From: an uncultured Candidatus Saccharibacteria bacterium
Lineage (GTDB): Bacteria > Patescibacteriota > Minisyncoccia > Phycocordibacterales > UBA9973
Assembly (NCBI GenBank): GCA_964646765.1
Contig: CAZYIA010000001.1
Location: 151,339 to 215,338 of the forward strand
Direction of reading: 5' to 3'
Length of the DNA: 64,000 nucleotides
In this document: positions 10,073 to 18,588 of the stretch, in pieces
Position numbering within the stretch: position 1 is the first letter of the stretch
Layout of the letters: each line of letters begins with the position of its first letter
Program-made: the position numbers and the translations under genes
The notes under the pieces: model-generated
The model's database searches: none
What the model was told of the DNA's origin: nothing
What the model saw: the letters and a program-made list of their open reading frames with translations, nothing else

Positions 10073-10711
10073 ATGCAAAAGTATAAAACAAATTGGCTGC
10101 TCCTAGCAATTCTTCTTGTGTTGGTACTGATAGATTGCAGATTTATTTTAACTTACAACTCTTCTCTTCCTAAGTCAGTTCCAATTATCTATCAGGAGAA
10201 AGAAGAAGTGGAAAAATTTGGTGATTTAGAAGTAAGTTATCCTAAAAAGGTTATTTCGTTTTCAAAAGATATAGATGATGAAGGAGGTTATTTTACACTT
10301 AAAAATTATAATTTTATTTCTGATTCCTTCCCCAAGAAATATGTGGCTGCAAATTTTTCTATAACCTTAAATCCAAACGCTAATCCTCAGAAGTTAGATA
10401 TCCAAGATTGGTGGCTAGATAACTCTTTTGAGAATGAGCGTGGAGCGCCAGCTTCTAATATTCATGAAAAAATAAGTTTGTCTAATCAAGAAGCTTTTAA
10501 AACAGTATTCGAACAACAAAATAGTTTTGGTCTTCCTTTCTACGAAACAGTTATTATCTATCTCCCGTATGGCACCGATATCTACGAAATCCGCGGCTAC
10601 CAACTCCCAGAAAACCCAGATCCAGCTCTAACTCCTGAAGATATTAAAGCCGCTCAAGAGTACGAAAAAATCTTTAATCAAATGCTTCAAAGTATTCATT
10701 TTAGCGACTAA
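10073..10711 (+). CDS. Hypothetical membrane-anchored protein (212 aa), likely co-transcribed with the 1047-aa protein
   Basis: 2-nt gap from the upstream gene; N-terminal TM helix. Confidence 0.55.
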   Translation: MQKYKTNWLLLAILLVLVLIDCRFILTYNSSLPKSVPIIYQEKEEVEKFGDLEVSYPKKVISFSKDIDDEGGYFTLKNYNFISDSFPKKYVAANFSITLNPNANPQKLDIQDWWLDNSFENERGAPASNIHEKISLSNQEAFKTVFEQQNSFGLPFYETVIIYLPYGTDIYEIRGYQLPENPDPALTPEDIKAAQEYEKIFNQMLQSIHFSD

Positions 10712-10716
10712 ATAAA

Positions 10717-10747
10717 ATCGGCTCCGAAGAAATTCGGAGCCGATTAG
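10717..10747. terminator. Bidirectional intrinsic terminator
   Basis: AATCGGCTCCGAA-GAAA-TTCGGAGCCGATT, a perfect 13-bp stem between convergent genes. Confidence 0.6.
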
Positions 10748-10770
10748 GAAATAAGTTGGTTAGTAAGTAT

Positions 10771-11910
10771 TTAGCGTTCAATTCTGTAGGAGCCGATGTC
10801 GTCTCCTTCTTTAATGAAAACAAATTGGAACAGTTGGTTATCACCACAGCGAAATGAGCCGGCACAGCATAGAAGGTAATAGTCCCACATGCGACAGAAC
10901 CGTTCACCGTACAGTTTTTTTGCAACGTGTCTATTTCTTTGGAAGTTTTTATACCAGGCCATCAACGTCTTATCGTAGTAGGGCCCAAAATTATGAAAAT
11001 CCAGTTGTTTGAACAAGTTGCGTGTTGCTGTATCTACCTGCTCCATAGAAGGAAGCATAGAGTTTGGGAAAATGTATTTGTTTATCCAGGCATCAGTATT
11101 GGTTACCGAGGTTAGCCCACCAATGGTGTGTAGTAGGAAAATGCCTTTCGTTTCTAACACATCATATACGCGTTCCATAATAGTTCTGTAATTCTTATAG
11201 CCAACATGTTCTATCATGCCGCAGATAAGAACTTTGTCGTAGGTTTCTCCATTTACACCTAAGTCGCGGTAGTCCATCTCAATAATTTCTACCGAAAGCC
11301 CTTTGGTGTATTCGCGAGCGTATTTTGCTTGCTCGCTAGATATTGTGATGCCGGTTACCTTGCAGCCGTAGTGTAGAGCAGCAAATTTTGCAAATCCACC
11401 CCAGCCACAGCCGATATCAAGCACCCGGTCGCCCTGCTTCAGTTGTAATTTACGGCAAATAAGGTCAAGTTTTTGTTCCTGTGCCTTATTTAAATCGTTA
11501 GTGTTTTTGAAGTATCCGCAGGTATATTGGTTGTACGGGTCTAAGAAACTCCCGTACATTTCAGTGCTCAAATTGTAGTGTTCAAGTGCTACCTGTAAAC
11601 TGCCAGTTCTATCTTGCTGATTGAACAATACTGATTGCAGGTAGGGAATAAAGAGTAGTAAGGGATTAAGCTTCTTCTGAAGCTTGGCTGAAAGCAGCTT
11701 AGTAAAAAACACATCAAGTTTTTTACAAGTCCACCATTCATCCATATAGGCCTCGCCTAAACCAAGCGAGCCATGTTGTAGGATTCGATGGTACAGATCA
11801 ACGCTGTACTCATTCTTAATTTGGATATCCCAGGCCCGTGGGCCGTTTACTAATATGTCAGAACCGTTTAATAAGTCCTGCAGTTTCTGTAGTGCGATGA
11901 TTGTATTCAT
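10771..11910 (-). CDS. cfa: Cyclopropane-fatty-acyl-phospholipid synthase family SAM-dependent methyltransferase
   Basis: VLDIGCGWGGFAKFAA SAM-binding motif; length and CFA-synthase-like N- and C-terminal regions. Confidence 0.85.
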   Translation of the reverse strand: MNTIIALQKLQDLLNGSDILVNGPRAWDIQIKNEYSVDLYHRILQHGSLGLGEAYMDEWWTCKKLDVFFTKLLSAKLQKKLNPLLLFIPYLQSVLFNQQDRTGSLQVALEHYNLSTEMYGSFLDPYNQYTCGYFKNTNDLNKAQEQKLDLICRKLQLKQGDRVLDIGCGWGGFAKFAALHYGCKVTGITISSEQAKYAREYTKGLSVEIIEMDYRDLGVNGETYDKVLICGMIEHVGYKNYRTIMERVYDVLETKGIFLLHTIGGLTSVTNTDAWINKYIFPNSMLPSMEQVDTATRNLFKQLDFHNFGPYYDKTLMAWYKNFQRNRHVAKKLYGERFCRMWDYYLLCCAGSFRCGDNQLFQFVFIKEGDDIGSYRIER

Positions 11911-12024
11911 TGTTGTCAGTTTTTCCGCATACTAGCCCATAAGTATGTAATTTGTCTAGGTAACTATTCCGCTAGGTACGTGGAGTGATATACTTTAGAA
12001 GTTACTCGCTAATTAAGAAATTTT

Positions 12025-12204
12025 ATGGAAACTAAAGAACATTACATTTGTTTAGGAGGCTGTCATGGCGTTTCTGAGAATCCGGGCGTTTGCCAGGCGG
12101 CAGATTGTGCTAATCATAACCACGAGCTCGTGCCATGTGACTGTACTGATGGTACTCATTACAACTTTGAACACGGTGCAAACGGAGTAACCCAGAATGG
12201 CTAA
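12025..12204 (+). CDS. Small Cys/His-rich protein (59 aa), putative metal-binding; not in the ORF track
   Basis: METKEHYICLGGCHGVSENPGVCQAADCANHNHELVPCDCTDGTHYNFEHGANGVTQNG has 6 Cys and 7 His. Its stop overlaps the start of the next small ORF (AATGGCTAA). Confidence 0.4.
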   Translation: METKEHYICLGGCHGVSENPGVCQAADCANHNHELVPCDCTDGTHYNFEHGANGVTQNG

Positions 12205-12340
12205 GAAAAAGGTAGTAAAAAAAGTGGCTCCGAAGCCTGAAAATAAAAAACCAGGTGCCTATCCTCTTAAGAACAAAACAGAGGAGTTTGTGCTTAAGCA
12301 TCCGCCAGCTTTGAAGCCAAAAAACAAGCGAGCAAAATAA
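12197..12340 (+). CDS. Small lysine-rich basic protein (47 aa), translationally coupled to the Cys/His-rich ORF
   Basis: MAKKKVVKKVAPKPENKKPGAYPLKNKTEEFVLKHPPALKPKNKRAK; the ATG overlaps the upstream stop; a strong terminator follows directly. Confidence 0.35.
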   Translation: MAKKKVVKKVAPKPENKKPGAYPLKNKTEEFVLKHPPALKPKNKRAK

Positions 12341-12344
12341 AGAA

Positions 12345-12375
12345 ACGGCCCACTGAGTGGGCTTTTTCTTTATTT
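12345..12375 (+). terminator. Intrinsic terminator after the micro-ORF pair
   Basis: GGCCCACT-GA-GTGGGC stem then TTTTTCTTTATTTTT. Confidence 0.6.
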
Positions 12376-12404
12376 TTGAACCAGCTTTTGGTTTATGGTA
12401 TAGT
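12376..12404 (+). promoter_or_regulatory. Sigma70-like promoter for dnaJ (TTGAAC-N17-TATAGT)
   Basis: TTGAAC at 12376..12381 and TATAGT at 12399..12404. No CIRCE element seen. Confidence 0.4.
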
Positions 12405-12466
12405 ATCGCTCCATCCGGGAGTTGTGCAGTTTTGGCTACGGATTTTGGTAACTAAGTAAGCAATAT

Positions 12467-13549
12467 ATGGCAAAAGACTACTACAAAGTATTAGGCGTTG
12501 AACGAGGTGCAACAAAGGAAGACATCAAGAAAGCCTTCCGTAAATTGGCGCATCAGTATCATCCAGACAAAAATAACGGGGACGATAAGAAGTTTAAGGA
12601 AGTGAACGAAGCGTACCAAGTGCTCTCTGATGACCAGAAACGCGCCCAGTACGATCAATTTGGTTCTGACTTCCAAGGATACGCAGGTGGCCAAGGAAAT
12701 CCATTCCAGGGCGGTTTTGGTGGCTTCAATCAAGGTGGCTTTAACGTGAACTTTGAAGATCTTGGTGACTTAGGTGAAATGTTCGGCTTCGGCGATATTT
12801 TTGGTGGTGGCGGACGTGCCCGCGAGGCTCGCGGCCGTGATATTGCAACTGAAATCAATGTCTCGTTTAAAGACGCTGCGTTTGGAACTGAACGCCGAGT
12901 GCTCTTAACTAAAACGTCACTTTGTCACGTATGTGCAGGAAGCGGCGCAAAGCCAGGGACGAAAAAGAAAACTTGTACGAAATGTAACGGTAAAGGCCAG
13001 GTGCGCGAAACTCGAAATTCATTCTTTGGTCAAATTGCTACAACCGCAGTTTGTTCGACGTGTCAGGGAAGTGGTGAAATTCCGGAAACTCCATGTACTA
13101 ACTGTCACGGTGCTGGTGTAGAAAATCGCCAAGAGGAAATTACTATCGTTATTCCAGGCGGCATTGAAAATGGCGAAATGATTCGTATGACCGGTATGGG
13201 CGAGGCCGTAAAAAATGGCACAGCTGGAGATTTGTATGTAAAAGTAAATGTCTCGTCTGATCCGGTATTTAAACGAAACGGTAAAGACATTCACATGACA
13301 CTTCCAATTAAGCTTACTGAAGCTCTACTTGGATCTGTGAGAAAAGTAGCGAGCCTCGATGGAGTAGTTGAAGTTACTATTCCTGAAGGAGCGCATCACG
13401 GTCAGCAAATCAGAATTAAAGGAGAGGGCATTATGGCCGAGCGCGGACGCCGCGGAGATATGGTAGTTTCGCTTGATATTGCACTGCCAAATAAACTCTC
13501 TAAAAAAATGCGCGAACTGGTTGAGAAAATGAAAGAAGAAGGAATGTAG
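12467..13549 (+). CDS. dnaJ: Chaperone DnaJ (Hsp40)
   Basis: J-domain YYKVLGV..HPDKN; G/F-rich region; four CxxCxGxG zinc-finger repeats. Confidence 0.95.
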   Translation: MAKDYYKVLGVERGATKEDIKKAFRKLAHQYHPDKNNGDDKKFKEVNEAYQVLSDDQKRAQYDQFGSDFQGYAGGQGNPFQGGFGGFNQGGFNVNFEDLGDLGEMFGFGDIFGGGGRAREARGRDIATEINVSFKDAAFGTERRVLLTKTSLCHVCAGSGAKPGTKKKTCTKCNGKGQVRETRNSFFGQIATTAVCSTCQGSGEIPETPCTNCHGAGVENRQEEITIVIPGGIENGEMIRMTGMGEAVKNGTAGDLYVKVNVSSDPVFKRNGKDIHMTLPIKLTEALLGSVRKVASLDGVVEVTIPEGAHHGQQIRIKGEGIMAERGRRGDMVVSLDIALPNKLSKKMRELVEKMKEEGM

Positions 13550-13552
13550 AAT

Positions 13553-13592
13553 AAAAAGTGCCGCGAGGGAAATCCAAGCGGCACTTTTTATA
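13553..13592. terminator. Bidirectional intrinsic terminator
   Basis: AAGTGCCGC..GCGGCACTTTTTTAT between convergent genes. Confidence 0.6.
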
Positions 13593-13606
13593 TTTCGTGG
13601 TTCGTA

Positions 13607-14071
13607 TTACGCAGTTATTTTTTCTTCATACCACTTTAGGAAAGGGTAGTCAGAATCTTCGGGTAACAGCTCGGTGAGGAGCTTGCTGAGGTATAGATGT
13701 TCCGGTTTTCCAATTTTTATTGGAGTACATCTGCGTGCGTAGAATGGAAGCATTAGCGTGTTTTCTACTGAGTAATCAATTGTCTTTTTACTGCCAGTAC
13801 GTTTCTTAATGGGGGTAATTGATACCCATTCATCAGTGCCGAGTGTGCGTTCTTGGGTAATTTGCTGAATGAAAGAAAGGTAGAGTGTAATATTTTTCAG
13901 TCGTTTCAGAAAGTAGCTATTAAGCTTTTTGCCTGTTCGTAGGTCAGTGTGGATAGTATGTAAGGCGTACAGAAATTCATGCAGCAGGATATTTTTAGAA
14001 AAATTTTTCTTAATTATTTCCCACTGCTGATTCTCCTGTGTCATTTCGAGTAAAGTTGTTAGTTTATGCAT
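13607..14071 (-). CDS. Hypothetical protein (154 aa)
   Basis: ORF with its own terminator; no family recognised. Confidence 0.5.
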   Translation of the reverse strand: MHKLTTLLEMTQENQQWEIIKKNFSKNILLHEFLYALHTIHTDLRTGKKLNSYFLKRLKNITLYLSFIQQITQERTLGTDEWVSITPIKKRTGSKKTIDYSVENTLMLPFYARRCTPIKIGKPEHLYLSKLLTELLPEDSDYPFLKWYEEKITA

Positions 14072-14206
14072 CGTCTTTAGTTTTTATTCCATCAAAAAAT
14101 ACACCATTTTAACCTAATAGGTCAAGGAAATTCTTGCCCGACCCCTGTGGATAAAGGGCTTTTTTGTATTTACATCCTCGCGCTACGTGTTACTATGGCG
14201 CCATAA

Positions 14207-15580
14207 ATGAAAAGGAACTGGAAAAAATTTTGGAAGCTCGGGGTTGAGGAATTCAACACCCAGTACTTTGGCTTAACGAAAGACGGCGAGCTTACCGTGT
14301 CGGAAGGTAACTACGTGTACACGCTCTACGATTTGGTTAAGAAGTATGGTTCACCGGCAAAAATCTACTTTCCGTTTATTTTGGAAAACCGTCTTCGTGA
14401 CCTCATTGAATACTTTAACGCCTACATTAAAATCAACGGCTACAAAGGTAAGTTTTTCTACCACTACCCAATGAAGGTTAACCAGAACCGTGAAGTGGTG
14501 CTTCCACTTGTGGCTGATGGTGCTCACCTCGAAGTAACTTCGTCCAACGAACTTTGGATTGTGAAGAAGCTTTGGGAAGGTGACAAATTCCACGAACGTC
14601 TCCGAGTGCTCTGTAACGGTCCAAAAACTGAGGAATACATTAATCTTATTTTTGAACTCCGTAGTAAGGGTTTAAACATTATCCCAATTATTGAAACCGA
14701 AGGGGAAATGGTTGCTCTTGAAAAGTATAAAGGTGATATCGGTGTACGAGTTGATTTGGCTATTAAAGCTGATACTCATTGGGATAAAAAAATTGACCGT
14801 TTTGGCCTTTCTGAAAAGCGTGTGCTTGAGCTTCCAAAAATGAAGAACTTAAAACTTCTTCACTACCACATTGGTTCACAGGTTCGTACTCAAAAAAGTT
14901 TGCTCGACGCGGTAAAACGCGGCTTCATGATTTATAGCGAGCTTGCTAAAAAGCATCCAAGTCTGGATACGCTCGACGTTGGCGGTGGTTTTTCGGTGCC
15001 GTACGAAAAGAAAAAACTCTACACTGCAAAAACGATGGCAAACCAAATTGTGAAGCTTTTGAAGAATCTTTCTGAAAAAGCCGGCATTCGTCATCCGAAC
15101 ATTGCCGTTGAGTGGGGCCAGTACGTTGTGGCTCCTGCACAGGTAACGGTGTATAAAGTGATTGCCGAAAAAGATATTCCAAAAGGAAATGCTAAAGCTT
15201 GGTACATTGTTGATGGCAGCTTTATGAATGATCTCACCGACACCTGGGCGATTCACCAAAAGTGGCATGTAGTACCAGTAAATAATGCGACACGAGGTGA
15301 AATGCAGCGCGTGTGGCTTGCCGGAAGTACCTGCGACTCAGACGATAAATACACTGCTGGTGGTAACTATATTTTGTTGCCAAAATTGAAGGAAGGTGAA
15401 GATCAGTATGTGGCAGTATTTGATACCAACGCATACCAAGAATCACTCGCTTCACACCACTGCTTGTTGTCGCAACCTGCGAAATTACTTGCTCAAGATG
15501 GTAGTATTAAAGTGATTCGCAAAAAAGAAACTGCTGAATCAATTGGAAAACTCTTCGGCTGGTCTAACGGCGAAAAGTAA
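14207..15580 (+). CDS. speA: Biosynthetic arginine decarboxylase-like PLP enzyme (fold III, SpeA type), short 457-aa form
   Basis: HYHIGSQ and LDVGGGF motifs. N-terminal ILENRLRDLIEYF resembles SpeA ILQHRLRSINAAF. Lacks the long C-terminal domain of E. coli SpeA. Confidence 0.65.
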   Translation: MKRNWKKFWKLGVEEFNTQYFGLTKDGELTVSEGNYVYTLYDLVKKYGSPAKIYFPFILENRLRDLIEYFNAYIKINGYKGKFFYHYPMKVNQNREVVLPLVADGAHLEVTSSNELWIVKKLWEGDKFHERLRVLCNGPKTEEYINLIFELRSKGLNIIPIIETEGEMVALEKYKGDIGVRVDLAIKADTHWDKKIDRFGLSEKRVLELPKMKNLKLLHYHIGSQVRTQKSLLDAVKRGFMIYSELAKKHPSLDTLDVGGGFSVPYEKKKLYTAKTMANQIVKLLKNLSEKAGIRHPNIAVEWGQYVVAPAQVTVYKVIAEKDIPKGNAKAWYIVDGSFMNDLTDTWAIHQKWHVVPVNNATRGEMQRVWLAGSTCDSDDKYTAGGNYILLPKLKEGEDQYVAVFDTNAYQESLASHHCLLSQPAKLLAQDGSIKVIRKKETAESIGKLFGWSNGEK

Positions 15581-15606
15581 ACGTTATCGGTAATTTTTTA
15601 AAAACT

Positions 15607-16581
15607 ATGGCACACAAAATTGATCTTGCCTGGATTGAGGCAAACTACTATCACTTTAATGCTGGCGCACTCACTCGCGCGACCAAGGATTATATCGATC
15701 ACCTTAAAAGTGGCGGCAAAATGCTCGTAGCAATGGCTGGAGCAATGTCTTCAGCTCGCTTGGGTGTAACGCTTGCACCGATGATTCGCGAAGGTAAAGT
15801 GCATGCAGTTTCTTGTACCGGTGCAAACCTCGAAGAATCAGTATTTCGCTTGGTTGCTCACGATAGCTACCATCTCTTCCCAAACTATCGCTATTTCACT
15901 AAGGAAGATGACACCAAAATTTTAGACGACGGCCACCGCCGCGTTACCGATATGTCGATTCCTGAAGAAGAAGCATTTCGAAAAATTGAAGCACTTATTG
16001 TAAAGCGCTGGAAAGCGGCTGAAGAAAAAGGTGAGCGTTATTTCCCGCACGAATATTTTTACCAGCTCCTTCTTTCCGGTGAACTAAAAGATCTTTACGA
16101 AGGAAAACCTGAAGAATGTTGGCTTTTAGCTGCCGCAGAAAAGAATTTGCCGATTGTGGTTCCAGGTTGGGAAGACTCAACACTCGGAAACATTTTTGCT
16201 GGGTACTGTAAGCGCGGGGAAGTAAAGCCACAGGTTATGAAGAGTGGTATTGAATATATGATGTACCTCTACGATCAGTATAAGGAACTTGCAAAGGCTG
16301 GTTCTGGCCTCGGTTTCTACCAAATTGGTGGTGGTATTTCAGGAGATTTCCCAATCTGTGTTGTGCCTTCGATCAAGTACGATCTCCAAGAAGAAGTTCG
16401 CCCATGGGGTTACTTCTGCCAGATTTCTGACAGTACTACTTCATACGGTTCATATTCTGGTGCTACACCAAACGAAAAAATTACCTGGGACAAGCTCACG
16501 AAAGATACTCCAATGCACGTTATTGAGTCAGATGCCACAATTGTCTGCCCAATAATGTTTGAAGCGATTCTCAATAGTTAA
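15607..16581 (+). CDS. Deoxyhypusine synthase-like protein (DHS/homospermidine synthase family)
   Basis: VAMAGAMSSARLGVTLAPMIREGKVHAVSCTGANLEE has the DHS-family NAD/spermidine-binding core; 324 aa. Confidence 0.7.
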   Translation: MAHKIDLAWIEANYYHFNAGALTRATKDYIDHLKSGGKMLVAMAGAMSSARLGVTLAPMIREGKVHAVSCTGANLEESVFRLVAHDSYHLFPNYRYFTKEDDTKILDDGHRRVTDMSIPEEEAFRKIEALIVKRWKAAEEKGERYFPHEYFYQLLLSGELKDLYEGKPEECWLLAAAEKNLPIVVPGWEDSTLGNIFAGYCKRGEVKPQVMKSGIEYMMYLYDQYKELAKAGSGLGFYQIGGGISGDFPICVVPSIKYDLQEEVRPWGYFCQISDSTTSYGSYSGATPNEKITWDKLTKDTPMHVIESDATIVCPIMFEAILNS

Positions 16582-16593
16582 TTTATTTAAGTA

Positions 16594-16632
16594 AAAAAGC
16601 CTGACTGATAGATTTAGTCAGGCTTTTTTCTT
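16594..16632. terminator. Bidirectional intrinsic terminator
   Basis: AAAAAGCCTGACT..AGTCAGGCTTTTTT. Confidence 0.6.
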
Positions 16633-16641
16633 TTGTCTTTG

Positions 16642-17388
16642 TTACACAAGACTTCCGATTTCTAAGCCAAGAAATTTACTTGCCGATTGGCCTTGCATCA
16701 TTACTTCCAAAAATCGTTTTTCTTTATACCCAGAACTCCCTCTGACAAAAGCAGGAATATTGTTTTTAGGAACATCAGCTAATTTTTCGTAGTAGACGTT
16801 GTCGAGTGAAGTATAGCTATTCAAGTTAACTCGTTTTCCAGTTGAAGTAGTTTTACAATTACCAAAGCAGTCAATTCGCCAAATAAAGTTTTGTTTACCA
16901 AAATCTTCTATCTCGATTTCATGAGAAGGAATATTGTTGCCCCCAAGAATCCATTGAGTGAGGTGAGGTAAATATTCATAACTTCTAAATTGGGATTCCG
17001 AGGTTCTCTTAGCCTCTCTTTTCGTGAGGAACTTACTGCAAACTTCTAAAACATCTGTTTGGTATGTTTTTGAGAATAGCCCTAGCTTTTTTGCCAGCGA
17101 AAAACAATTTGGTGTACCAATGACTACTATTTTTCCAAAAGTATGAAAACAGAAGGGAATTCCGTTTGAGTACTTTTCTTTATTGCCTCGAGGGGCAACG
17201 TTTACCACAATAACGGCAGGTTGGCCTTTTCGAGCATCGATGGCGTCAATAAGCTCTCCCTGGGCTTCTAAGTCGGTACAAGCACCGATAAATGTTTGAG
17301 ACACGTTACCTAAGAGTGCTTGGTAGCGGCTTTGCTGTCTCCCACGAGCATTGTCGTCTTGGCAATCAGAAATGATGGTTAGTTGCAT
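16642..17388 (-). CDS. DUF62-like SAM hydroxide adenosyltransferase (SAM hydrolase) family protein
   Basis: N-terminal LTIISDCQDD. VIVVNVAPRG resembles the VDPGVG region. IDCFGNCKTT resembles the DUF62 C-domain IDxFGNLITN. Inference from motif similarity. Confidence 0.5.
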   Translation of the reverse strand: MQLTIISDCQDDNARGRQQSRYQALLGNVSQTFIGACTDLEAQGELIDAIDARKGQPAVIVVNVAPRGNKEKYSNGIPFCFHTFGKIVVIGTPNCFSLAKKLGLFSKTYQTDVLEVCSKFLTKREAKRTSESQFRSYEYLPHLTQWILGGNNIPSHEIEIEDFGKQNFIWRIDCFGNCKTTSTGKRVNLNSYTSLDNVYYEKLADVPKNNIPAFVRGSSGYKEKRFLEVMMQGQSASKFLGLEIGSLV

Positions 17389-17581
17389 AGTTTTAAGTTT
17401 TAAATGAACAAAAAACAGCCTTTTCGGGGCTGCTTTTTACATTTCATTGATGTACGAGAGTGTTCTAGTTCATGCAATGCAATAAGCAACCCCGAGTTCT
17501 GGGCTGTTCATCATTGCCATCATGTTCTGTGAATTGCGTTGCATAAAATTAGTTAAACATCTCCACCTTAAAAAGTCAAAA

Positions 17582-18493
17582 TTAACTAAAGTGTCTCGCT
17601 AAAATGTTGTAGCAAATTTGGGCGGCGCCAAATTCAGTGCGAACGTCATCTTTGGCTGGTGAAACCTCAACAATATCAAAGCCAATCAGTTTTTTAGTTG
17701 CGCCAATTTTGTTAAAAAGTTCCCAGGCAAAATACCAATCAAGGCCGCCTTGTACTGGTGTACCAGTTGCTGGCATAAATCCTGGATCGATACCGTCTAC
17801 ATCAATAGAGAGATAGATGTACTTGGTTTTAAGAGCAGCAATAATTTTTTCAAGAGTCGGTCGTTCCTTTTTTGACCATTCGAAGATAGTAATTTGGCCA
17901 GGTTTACTAGCCGCATACTCAAACTCTTCTGTGCTTCCTGTGCGGATGCCAACTGAAACAATGTTATAGCCCATTTCTCCTGCATGGCGCATAACGGTTG
18001 AGTGAGCGAAGTTTGAAGGGTGAGTGCTGTAATCGGCGTCAGAAGAGCGCATATCCAGGTGGGCATCAATGTGAAGAATAGTTACTTCTTTCGGACTATA
18101 CTTTTCTTTAAGCGACATAAGGGCGCCAATGGTCATTGAGTGTTCGCCGCCGAGCATTACTGGAAGAGAACCAGCCTGTACAATTTTTTTATGAGCAGCA
18201 TAAAGTTTGCCAACCGCCTTTTCTGGATTTGAAACCAAGTTTAGTGCTTTGAGAGAATTGTCGAGAGCAACGGTAAAATTTTCGATTGGTTCCGAATTCA
18301 TCTCGCGATCATAAAACTCAATTTGATGATCGAGACAATCTGCGATAACGCCAGGGCCCTTTGCTGTGCCTTTTCGAAATGATGCCGTGCGGTCGTAGGG
18401 AGCTAAAAGGAGAGTAGCGTCTGCTTTAGCGCCTTTTTTCCCGTTAATAATGGAAGCTATTTTTTGCATGGCGCTATCATAACATACAAGCAA
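17582..18493 (-). CDS. speB: Agmatinase / arginase-family ureohydrolase
   Basis: GGEHSMTIGA, DAHLD and SIDVDGIDP manganese-binding signatures. Confidence 0.8.
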   Translation of the reverse strand: MLVCYDSAMQKIASIINGKKGAKADATLLLAPYDRTASFRKGTAKGPGVIADCLDHQIEFYDREMNSEPIENFTVALDNSLKALNLVSNPEKAVGKLYAAHKKIVQAGSLPVMLGGEHSMTIGALMSLKEKYSPKEVTILHIDAHLDMRSSDADYSTHPSNFAHSTVMRHAGEMGYNIVSVGIRTGSTEEFEYAASKPGQITIFEWSKKERPTLEKIIAALKTKYIYLSIDVDGIDPGFMPATGTPVQGGLDWYFAWELFNKIGATKKLIGFDIVEVSPAKDDVRTEFGAAQICYNILARHFS

Positions 18494-18588
18494 GACTGGC
18501 TCTAGACACTGAACGACTTGTAGTGTCTTGTTATTGTGTATGGTATAATTATGGCTTACTAAAACAAAGGAAAGGGATAGTATATGAC

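Noticed and set aside
12110-12301. Minus-strand 63-aa ORF from the ORF track
   Set aside because: The plus strand carries two coupled micro-ORFs (ATG/stop overlap) followed by a canonical terminator. The minus-strand translation is low-complexity (FFYYLFL..) and has no signals.
16289-16555. 88-aa plus-strand ORF overlapping the DHS-like gene in another frame
   Set aside because: Out-of-frame overlap with a well-supported gene; Ser/Leu-rich translation.
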